From Auanema rhodensis (lineage: Eukaryota; Animalia; Nematoda), in the NCBI GenBank assembly GCA_964057225.1, contig CAXKVF010000090.1, positions 86,823 through 150,822 on the forward strand: a stretch of 64,000 bases of DNA. The letters are read 5' to 3'. Below the pieces are notes generated by a model. The model made no database searches and was not told the origin of the DNA. It saw only the letters and a program-made list of their open reading frames with translations. Numbering within the stretch: position 1 is the first letter of the stretch; every line of letters begins with the position of its first letter. Positions 1-10,912 of the stretch are shown here, in pieces. The position numbers and the translations under genes are program-made.

Positions 1-39
1 TCCATATTAATCTAAAAACAAATTTTTATTGATATTGGT

Positions 40-54
40 TCATGGTAACCATGA
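40..54. other. 15-bp dyad TCATGGT-A-ACCATGA in each monomer (first-copy coordinates); contains a BstEII site GGTAACC
   Basis: The 7-bp arms are exact reverse complements around a 1-nt centre. The common G40 allele shortens the arms to 6 bp. Confidence 0.95.
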
Positions 55-73
55 CTTTGAAATTTACGTGAAC

Positions 74-93
74 TTTAATTTATGCTAATTAAA
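74..93. other. Inverted repeat TTTAATT-N6-AATTAAA in each monomer (first-copy coordinates)
   Basis: The arms at 74-80 and 87-93 are exact reverse complements; the loop is TATGCT. Confidence 0.9.
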
Positions 94-111
94 TGTACAC
101 GTGATGTGCAC
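94..111. other. Cluster of 6-bp palindromes TGTACA (94-99), CACGTG (98-103), GTGCAC (106-111) in each monomer (first-copy coordinates)
   Basis: Read directly; these are BsrGI, PmlI and ApaLI recognition sequences. CACGTG is a canonical E-box/G-box hexamer, but function here is unproven. Confidence 0.9.
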
Positions 112-127
112 TTGGTATGTAACTCGC

Positions 128-137
128 TTCACGTGAA
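128..137. other. Perfect 10-bp palindrome TTCACGTGAA (E-box core CACGTG) in each monomer (first-copy coordinates)
   Basis: Read directly; a one-mismatch copy TTTACGTGAA lies at monomer positions 63-72. Confidence 0.95.
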
Positions 138-352
138 AGATAAAAAGATGCGGTTTTCAAAATTAGATTCCCCATGTCCATATTAGTCTAAAAACAAATT
201 TTTATTGATATTGGTTCATGGTAACCATGACTTTGAAATTTACGTGAACTTTAATTTATGCTAATTAAATGTACACGTGATGTGCACTTGGTATGTAACT
301 CGCTTCACGTGAAAGATAAAGAGATGCGGTTTTCAAAATTAGATTCCCCATG

Positions 353-2816
353 TCCATATTAATCTAAAAACAAATTTTTATTGATATTGGTTCATGGTAA
401 CCATGACTTTGAAATTTACGTGAACTTTAATTTATGCTAATTAAATGTACACGTGATGTGCACTTGGTATGTAACTCGCTTCACGTGAAAGATAAAGAGA
501 TGCGGTTTTCAAAATTAGATTCCCCATGTCCATATTAATCTAAAAACAAATTTTTATTGATATTGGTTCATGGTAACCATGACTTTGAAATTTACGTGAA
601 CTTTAATTTATGCTAATTAAATGTACACGTGATGTGCACTTGGTATGTAACTCGCTTCACCTGAAAGATAAAGAGATGCGGTTTTCAAAATTAGATTCCC
701 CATGTCCATATTAGTCTAAAAACAAATTTTTATTGATATTGGTTCATGGTAACCATGACTTTGAAATTTACGTGAACTTTAATTTATGCTAATTAAATGT
801 ACACGTGATGTGCACTTGGTATGTAACTCGCTTCACGTGAAAGATAAAGAGATGCGGTTTTCAAAATTAGATTCCCCATGTCCATATTAGTCTAAAAACA
901 AATTTTTATTGATATTGGTGCATGGTAACCATGACTTTGAAATTTACGTGAACTTTAATTTATGCTAATTAAATGTACACGTGATGTGCACTTGGTATGT
1001 AACTCGCTTCACGTGAAAGATAAAGAAATGCGGTTTTCAAAATTAGATTCCCCATGTCCATATTAGTCTAAAAACAAATTTTTATTGATATTGGTTCATG
1101 GTAACCATGACTTTGAAATTTACGTGAACTTTAATTTATGCTAATTAAATGTACACGTGATGTGCACTTGGTATGTAACTCGCTTCACGTGAAAGATAAA
1201 GAGATGCGGTTTTCAAAATTAGATTCCCCATGTCCATATTAGTCTAAAAACAAATTTTTATTGATATTGCTTCATGGTAACCATGACTTTGAAATTTACG
1301 TGAACTTTAATTTATGCTAATTAAATGTACACGTGATGTGCACTTGGTATGTAACTCGCTTCACGTGAAAGATAAAGAGATGCGGTTTTCAAAATTAGAT
1401 TCCCCATGTCCATATTAGTCTAAAAACAAATTTTTATTGATATTGGTTCATGGTAACCATGACTTTGAAATTTACGTGAACTTTAATTTATGCTAATTAA
1501 ATGTACACGTGATGTGCACTTGGTATGTAACTCGCTTCACGTGAAAGATAAAGAGATGCGGTTTTCAAAATTAGATTCCCCATGTCCATATTAATCTAAA
1601 AACAAATTTTTATTGATATTGGTTCATGGTAACCATGACTTTGAAATTTACGTGAACTTTAATTTATGCTAATTAAATGTACACGTGATGTGCACTTGGT
1701 ATGTAACTCGCTTCACGTGAAAGATAAAGAGATGCGGTTTTCAAAATTAGATTCCCCATGTCCATATTAATCTAAAAACAAATTTTTATTGATATTGGTT
1801 CATGGTAACCATGACTTTGAAATTTACGTGAACTTTAATTTATGCTAATTAAATGTACACGTGATGTGCACTTGGTATGTAACTCGCTTCACGTGAAAGA
1901 TAAAGAGATGCGGTTTTCAAAATTAGATTCCCCATGTCCATATTAGTCTAAAAACAAATTTTTATTGATATTGGTTCATGGTAACCATGACTTTGAAATT
2001 TACGTGAACTTTAATTTATGCTAATTAAATGTACACGTGATGTGCACTTGGTATGTAACTCGCTTCACGTGAAAGATAAAGAGATGCGGTTTTCAAAATT
2101 AGATTCCCCATGTCCATATTAGTCTAAAAACAAATTTTTATTGATATTGGTGCATGGTAACCATGACTTTGAAATTTACGTGAACTTTAATTTATGCTAA
2201 TTAAATGTACACGTGATGTGCACTTGGTATGTAACTCGCTTCACGTGAAAGATAAAGAAATGCGGTTTTCAAAATTAGATTCCCCATGTCCATATTAGTC
2301 TAAAAACAAATTTTTATTGATATTGGTTCATGGTAACCATGACTTTGAAATTTACGTGAACTTTAATTTATGCTAATTAAATGTACACGTGATGTGCACT
2401 TGGTATGTAACTCGCTTCACGTGAAAGATAAAGAGATGCGGTTTTCAAAATTAGATTCCCCATGTCCATATTAGTCTAAAAACAAATTTTTATTGATATT
2501 GCTTCATGGTAACCATGACTTTGAAATTTACGTGAACTTTAATTTATGCTAATTAAATGTACACGTGATGTGCACTTGGTATGTAACTCGCTTCACGTGA
2601 AAGATAAAGAGATGCGGTTTTCAAAATTAGATTCCCCATGTCCATATTAGTCTAAAAACAAATTTTTATTGATATTGGTTCATGGTAACCATGACTTTGA
2701 AATTTACGTGAACTTTAATTTATGCTAATTAAATGTACACGTGATGTGCACTTGGTATGTAACTCGCTTCACGTGAAAGATAAAGAGATGCGGTTTTCAA
2801 AATTAGATTCCCCATG
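353..2816. repeat. Local higher-order repeat: 7-monomer unit (1232 bp) x2
   Basis: The variant order A10, A10, consensus, G40+A147, consensus, C38, consensus occurs at 353-1584 and again at 1585-2816. The only difference seen is C at 661. Confidence 0.85.
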
Positions 2817-3168
2817 TCCATATTAGTCTAAAAACAAATTTTTATTGATATTGGTTCATGGTAACCATGACTTTGAAATTTACGTGAACTTTAATTTATG
2901 CTAATTAAATGTACACGTGATGTGCACTTGGTATGTAACTCGCTTCACGTGAAAGATAAAGAGATGCGGTTTTCAAAATTAGATTCCCCATGTCCATATT
3001 AGTCTAAAAACAAATTTTTATTGATATTGCTTCATGGTAACCATGACTTTGAAATTTACGTGAACTTTAATTTATGCTAATTAAATGTACACGTGATGTG
3101 CACTTGGTATGTAACTCGCTTCACGTGAAAGATAAAGAGATGCGGTTTTCAAAATTAGATTCCCCATG

Positions 3169-6100
3169 TCCATATTAGTCTAAAAACAAATTTTTATTGA
3201 TATTGCTTCATGGTAACCATGACTTTGAAATTTACGTGAACTTTAATTTATGCTAATTAAATGTACACGTGATGTGCACTTGGTATGTAACTCGCTTCAC
3301 GTGAAAGATAAAGAGATGCGGTTTTCAAAATTAGATTCCCCATGACCATATTAGTCTAAAAACAAATTTTTATTGATATTGGTTCATGGTAACCATGACT
3401 TTGAAATTTACGTGAACTTTAATTTATGCTAATTAAATGTACACGTGATGTGCACTTGGTATGTAACTCGCTTCACGTGAAAGATAAAGAGATGCGGTTT
3501 TCAAAATTAGATTCCCCATGTCCATATTAGTCTAAAAACAAATTTTTATTGATATTGGTGCATGGTAACCATGACTTTGAATTTTACGTGAACTTTAATT
3601 TATGCTAATTAAATGTACACGTGATGTGCACTTGGTATGTAACTCGCTTCACGTGAAAGATAAAGAGATGCGGTTTTCAAAATAAGATTCCCCATGTCCA
3701 TATTAGTCTAAAAACAAATTTTTATTGATATTGGTTCATGGTAACCATGACTTTGAAATTTACGTGAACTTTAATTTATGCTAATTAAATGTACACGTGA
3801 TGTGCACTTGGTATGTAACTCGCTTCACGTGAAAGATAAAGAGATGCGGTTTTCAAAATTAGATTCCCCATGTCCATATTAGTCTAAAAACAAATTTTTA
3901 TTGATATTGCTTCATGGTAACCATGACTTTGAAATTTACGTGAACTTTAATTTATGCTAATTAAATGTACACGTGATGTGCACTTGGTATGTAACTCGCT
4001 TCACGTGAAAGATAAAAAGATGCGGTTTTCAAAATTAGATTCCCCATGTCCATATTAGTCTAAAAACAAATTTTTATTGATATTGGTTCATGGTAACCAT
4101 GACTTTGAAATTTACGTGAACTTTAATTTATGCTAATTAAATGTACACGTGATGTGCACTTGGTATGTAACTCGCTTCACGTGAAAGATAAAGAGATGCG
4201 GTTTTCAAAATTAGATTCCCCATGTCCATATTAGTCTAAAAACAAATTTTTATTGATATTGGTGCATGGTAACCATGACTTTGAAATTTACGTGAACTTT
4301 AATTTATGCTAATTAAATGTACACGTGATGTGCACTTGGTATGTAACTCGCTTCACGTGAAAGATGAAGAGATGCGGTTTTCAAAATTAGATTCCCCATG
4401 TCCATATTAGTCTAAAAACAAATTTTTATTGATATTGGTGCATGGTAACCATGACTTTGAAATTTACGTGAACTTTAATTTATGCTAATTAAATGTACAC
4501 GTGATGTGCACTTGGTATGTAACTCGCTTCACGTGAAAGATAAAGAGATGCGGTTTTCAAAATTAGATTCCCCATGTCCATATTAGTCTAAAAACAAATT
4601 TTTATTGATATTGGTGCATGGTAACCATGACTTTGAAATTTACGTGAACTTTAATTTATGCTAATTAAATGTACACGTGATGTGCACTTGGTATGTAACT
4701 CGCTTCACGTGAAAGATAAAGAGATGCGGTTTTCAAAATTAGATTCCCCATGTCCATATTAGTCTAAAAACTAATTTTTATTGATATTGGTTCATGGTAA
4801 CCATGACTTTGAAATTTACGTGAACTTTAATTTATGCTAATTAAATGTATACGTGATGTGCACTTGGTATGTAACTCGCTTCACGTGAAAGATAAAGAGA
4901 TGCGGTTTTCAAAATTAGATTCCCCATGTCCATATTAGTCTAAAAACAAATTTTTATTGATATTGGTTCATGGTAACCATGACTTTGAAATTTACGTGAA
5001 CTTTAATTTATGCTAATTAAATGTACACGTGATGTGCACTTGGTATGTAACTCTCTTCACGTGAAAGATAAAGAGATGCGGTTTTCAAAATTAGATTCCT
5101 CATGTCCATATTAGTCTAAAAACAAATTTTTATTGATATTGGTGCATGGTAACCATGACTTTGAAATTTACGTGAACTTTAATTTATGCTAATTAAATGT
5201 ACACGTGATGTGCACTTGGTATGTAACTCGCTTCACGTGAAAGATAAAGAGATGCGGTTTTCAAAATTAGATTCCCCATGTCCATATTAGTCTAAAAACA
5301 AATTTTTATCGATATTGGTGCATGGTAACCATGACTTTGAAATTTACGTGAACTTTAATTTATGCTAATTAAATGTACACGTGATGTGCACTTGGTATGT
5401 AACTCGCTTCACGTGAAAGATAAAGAGATGCGGTTTTCAAAATTAGATTCCCCATGTCCATATTAGTCTAAAAACAAATTTTTATTGATATTGGTTCATG
5501 GTAACCATGACTTTGAAATTTACGTGAACTTTAATTTATGCTAATTAAATGTACACGTGATGTGCACTTGGTATGTAACTCGCTTCACGTGAAAGATAAA
5601 GAGATGCGGTTTTCAAAATTAGATTCCCCATGTCCATATTAGTCTAAAAACAAATTTTTATTGATATTGCTTCATGGTAACCATGACTTTGAAATTTACG
5701 TGAACTTTAATTTATGCTAATTAAATGTACACGTGATGTGCACTTGGTATGTAACTCGCTTCACGTGAAAGATAAAGAGATGCGGTTTTCAAAATTAGAT
5801 TCCCCATGTCCATATTAATCTAAAAACAAATTTTTATTGATATTGGTTCATGGTAACCATGACTTTGAAATTTACGTGAACTTTAATTTATGCTAATTAA
5901 ATGTACACGTGATGTGCACTTGGTATGTAACTCGCTTCACGTGAAAGATAAAGAGATGCGGTTTTCAAAATTAGATTCCCCATGTCCATATTAGTCTAAA
6001 AACAAATTTTTATTGATATTGGTTCATGGTAACCATGACTTTGAAATTTACGTGAACTTTAATTTATGCTAATTAAATGTACACGTGATGTGCACTTGGT

Positions 6101-9100
6101 ATGTAACTCGCTTCACGTGAAAGATAAAGAGATGCGGTTTTCAAAATTAGATTCCCCATGTCCATATTAGTCTAAAAACAAATTTTTATTGATATTGGTT
6201 CATGGTAACCATGACTTTGAAATTTACGTGAACTTTAATTTATGCTAATTAAATGTACACGTGATGTGCACTTGGTATGTAACTCGCTTCACGTGAAAGA
6301 TAAAGAGATGCGGTTTTCAAAATTAGATTCCCCATGTCCATATTAATCTAAAAACAAATTTTTATTGATATTGGTTCATGGTAACCATGACTTTGAAATT
6401 TACGTGAACTTTAATTTATGCTAATTAAATGTACACGTGATGTGCACTTGGTATGTAACTCGCTTCACGTGAAAGATAAAGAGATGCGGTTTTCAAAATT
6501 AGATTCCCCATGTCCATATTAATCTAAAAACAAATTTTTATTGATATTGGTTCATGGTAACCATGACTTTGAAATTTACGTGAACTTTAATTTATGCTAA
6601 TTAAATGTACACGTGATGTGCACTTGGTATGTAACTCGCTTCACGTGAAAGATAAAGAGATGCGGTTTTCAAAATTAGATTCCCCATGTCCATATTAGTC
6701 TAAAAACAAATTTTTATTGATATTGGTTCATGGTAACCATGACTTTGAAATTTACGTGAACTTTAATTTATGCTAATTAAATGTACACGTGATGTGCACT
6801 TGGTATGTAACTCGCTTCACGTGAAAGATAAAGAGATGCGGTTTTCAAAATTAGATTCCCCATGTCCATATTAGTCTAAAAACAAATTTTTATTGATATT
6901 GGTGCATGGTAACCATGACTTTGAAATTTACGTGAACTTTAATTTATGCTAATTAAATGTACACGTGATGTGCACTTGGTATGTAACTCGCTTCACGTGA
7001 AAGATAAAGAAATGCGGTTTTCAAAATTAGATTCCCCATGTCCATATTAGTCTAAAAACAAATTTTTATTGATATTGCTTCATGGTAACCATGACTTTGA
7101 AATTTACGTGAACTTTAATTTATGCTAATTAAATGTACACGTGATGTGCACTTGGTATGTAACTCGCTTCACGTGAAAGATAAAGAGATGCGGTTTTCAA
7201 AATTAGATTCCCCATGACCATATTAGTCTAAAAACAAATTTTTATTGATATTGGTTCATGGTAACCATGACTTTGAAATTTACGTGAACTTTAATTTATG
7301 CTAATTAAATGTACACGTGATGTGCACTTGGTATGTAACTCGCTTCACGTGAAAGATAAAGAGATGCGGTTTTCAAAATTAGATTCCCCATGTCCATATT
7401 AGTCTAAAAACAAATTTTTATTGATATTGGTGCATGGTAACCATGACTTTGAATTTTACGTGAACTTTAATTTATGCTAATTAAATGTACACGTGATGTG
7501 CACTTGGTATGTAACTCGCTTCACGTGAAAGATAAAGAGATGCGGTTTTCAAAATAAGATTCCCCATGTCCATATTAGTCTAAAAACAAATTTTTATTGA
7601 TATTGGTTCATGGTAACCATGACTTTGAAATTTACGTGAACTTTAATTTATGCTAATTAAATGTACACGTGATGTGCACTTGGTATGTAACTCGCTTCAC
7701 GTGAAAGATAAAGAGATGCGGTTTTCAAAATTAGATTCCCCATGTCCATATTAGTCTAAAAACAAATTTTTATTGATATTGCTTCATGGTAACCATGACT
7801 TTGAAATTTACGTGAACTTTAATTTATGCTAATTAAATGTACACGTGATGTGCACTTGGTATGTAACTCGCTTCACGTGAAAGATAAAAAGATGCGGTTT
7901 TCAAAATTAGATTCCCCATGTCCATATTAGTCTAAAAACAAATTTTTATTGATATTGGTTCATGGTAACCATGACTTTGAAATTTACGTGAACTTTAATT
8001 TATGCTAATTAAATGTACACGTGATGTGCACTTGGTATGTAACTCGCTTCACGTGAAAGATAAAGAGATGCGGTTTTCAAAATTAGATTCCCCATGTCCA
8101 TATTAGTCTAAAAACAAATTTTTATTGATATTGGTGCATGGTAACCATGACTTTGAAATTTACGTGAACTTTAATTTATGCTAATTAAATGTACACGTGA
8201 TGTGCACTTGGTATGTAACTCGCTTCACGTGAAAGATGAAGAGATGCGGTTTTCAAAATTAGATTCCCCATGTCCATATTAGTCTAAAAACAGATTTTTA
8301 TTGATATTGGTGCATGGTAACCATGACTTTGAAATTTACGTGAACTTTAATTTATGCTAATTAAATGTACACGTGATGTGCACTTGGTATGTAACTCGCT
8401 TCACGTGAAAGATAAAGAGATGCGGTTTTCAAAATTAGATTCCCCATGTCCATATTAGTCTAAAAACAAATTTTTATTGATATTGGTGCATGGTAACCAT
8501 GACTTTGAAATTTACGTGAACTTTAATTTATGCTAATTAAATGTACACGTGATGTGCACTTGGTATGTAACTCGCTTCACGTGAAAGATAAAGAGATGCG
8601 GTTTTCAAAATTAGATTCCCCATGTCCATATTAGTCTAAAAACTAATTTTTATTGATATTGGTTCATGGTAACCATGACTTTGAAATTTACGTGAACTTT
8701 AATTTATGCTAATTAAATGTATACGTGATGTGCACTTGGTATGTAACTCGCTTCACGTGAAAGATAAAGAGATGCGGTTTTCAAAATTAGATTCCCCATG
8801 TCCATATTAGTCTAAAAACAAATTTTTATTGATATTGGTTCATGGTAACCATGACTTTGAAATTTACGTGAACTTTAATTTATGCTAATTAAATGTACAC
8901 GTGATGTGCACTTGGTATGTAACTCTCTTCACGTGAAAGATAAAGAGATGCGGTTTTCAAAATTAGATTCCTCATGTCCATATTAGTCTAAAAACAAATT
9001 TTTATTGATATTGGTGCATGGTAACCATGACTTTGAAATTTACGTGAACTTTAATTTATGCTAATTAAATGTTAACGTGATGTGCACTTGGTATGTAACT

Positions 9101-10912
9101 CGCTTCACGTGAAAGATAAAGAGATGCGGTTTTCAAAATTAGATTCCCCATGTCCATATTAGTCTAAAAACAAATTTTTATCGATATTGGTGCATGGTAA
9201 CCATGACTTTGAAATTTACGTGAACTTTAATTTATGCTAATTAAATGTACACGTGATGTGCACTTGGTATGTAACTCGCTTCACGTGAAAGATAAAGAGA
9301 TGCGGTTTTCAAAATTAGATTCCCCATGTCCATATTAGTCTAAAAACAAATTTTTATTGATATTGGTTCATGGTAACCATGACTTTGAAATTTACGTGAA
9401 CTTTAATTTATGCTAATTAAATGTACACGTGATGTGCACTTGGTATGTAACTCGCTTCACGTGAAAGATAAAGAGATGCGGTTTTCAAAATTAGATTCCC
9501 CATGTCCATATTAGTCTAAAAACAAATTTTTATTGATATTGCTTCATGGTAACCATGACTTTGAAATTTACGTGAACTTTAATTTATGCTAATTAAATGT
9601 ACACGTGATGTGCACTTGGTATGTAACTCGCTTCACGTGAAAGATAAAGAGATGCGGTTTTCAAAATTAGATTCCCCATGTCCATATTAATCTAAAAACA
9701 AATTTTTATTGATATTGGTTCATGGTAACCATGACTTTGAAATTTACGTGAACTTTAATTTATGCTAATTAAATGTACACGTGATGTGCACTTGGTATGT
9801 AACTCGCTTCACGTGAAAGATAAAGAGATGCGGTTTTCAAAATTAGATTCCCCATGTCCATATTAATCTAAAAACAAATTTTTATTGATATTGGTTCATG
9901 GTAACCATGACTTTGAAATTTACGTGAACTTTAATTTATGCTAATTAAATGTACACGTGATGTGCACTTGGTATGTAACTCGCTTCACGTGAAAGATAAA
10001 GAGATGCGGTTTTCAAAATTAGATTCCCCATGTCCATATTAGTCTAAAAACAAATTTTTATTGATATTGGTTCATGGTAACCATGACTTTGAAATTTACG
10101 TGAACTTTAATTTATGCTAATTAAATGTACACGTGATGTGCACTTGGTATGTAACTCGCTTCACGTGAAAGATAAAGAGATGCGGTTTTCAAAATTAGAT
10201 TCCCCATGTCCATATTAATCTAAAAACAAATTTTTATTGATATTGGTTCATGGTAACCATGACTTTGAAATTTACGTGAACTTTAATTTATGCTAATTAA
10301 ATGTACACGTGATGTGCACTTGGTATGTAACTCGCTTCACGTGAAAGATAAAGAGATGCGGTTTTCAAAATTAGATTCCCCATGTCCATATTAATCTAAA
10401 AACAAATTTTTATTGATATTGGTTCATGGTAACCATGACTTTGAAATTTACGTGAACTTTAATTTATGCTAATTAAATGTACACGTGATGTGCACTTGGT
10501 ATGTAACTCGCTTCACGTGAAAGATAAAGAGATGCGGTTTTCAAAATTAGATTCCCCATGTCCATATTAGTCTAAAAACAAATTTTTATTGATATTGGTT
10601 CATGGTAACCATGACTTTGAAATTTACGTGAACTTTAATTTATGCTAATTAAATGTACACGTGATGTGCACTTGGTATGTAACTCGCTTCACGTGAAAGA
10701 TAAAGAGATGCGGTTTTCAAAATTAGATTCCCCATGTCCATATTAGTCTAAAAACAAATTTTTATTGATATTGGTGCATGGTAACCATGACTTTGAAATT
10801 TACGTGAACTTTAATTTATGCTAATTAAATGTACACGTGATGTGCACTTGGTATGTAACTCGCTTCACGTGAAAGATAAAGAAATGCGGTTTTCAAAATT
10901 AGATTCCCCATG
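3169..10912. repeat. Local higher-order repeat: 22-monomer unit (3872 bp) x2
   Basis: Rare variants recur at exactly +3872: 3345/7217 (A1), 3684/7556 (A164), 4366/8238 (G142), 4772/8644 (T20), 4850/8722 (T98), 5054/8926 (T126), 5310/9182 (C30). Confidence 0.95.

Noticed and set aside
38-40. Allele order as an encoded message or programmed variable cassette
   Set aside because: The order is explained by block duplications, and no recombinase, reverse transcriptase or expression site is present.
82-89. Octamer-like ATGCTAAT and homeobox-like TAATTA motifs as regulatory sites
   Set aside because: Short AT-rich motifs are expected by chance in this composition, and there is no gene context.
1-176. 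Identity with known satellites of similar size (Brassica CentBr, Arabidopsis CEN178, primate alpha satellite, honeybee AluI repeat)
   Set aside because: Only the length is similar. I see no sequence resemblance, no HindIII (AAGCTT) or AluI (AGCT) site, and no CENP-B box (YTTCGTTGGAARCGGGA). A database search is still needed.
1-176. Tandem RNA gene array (5S rRNA, tRNA, snRNA or spliced leader)
   Set aside because: No recognisable 5S or tRNA sequence, Pol III A/B boxes or cloverleaf, and the unit is 68% AT.
98-176. Budding-yeast-type point centromere (CDEI-CDEII-CDEIII)
   Set aside because: An 8-bp CDEI-like match exists, but there is no >90% AT CDEII or CDEIII CCGAA, and point centromeres are not tandemly arrayed.
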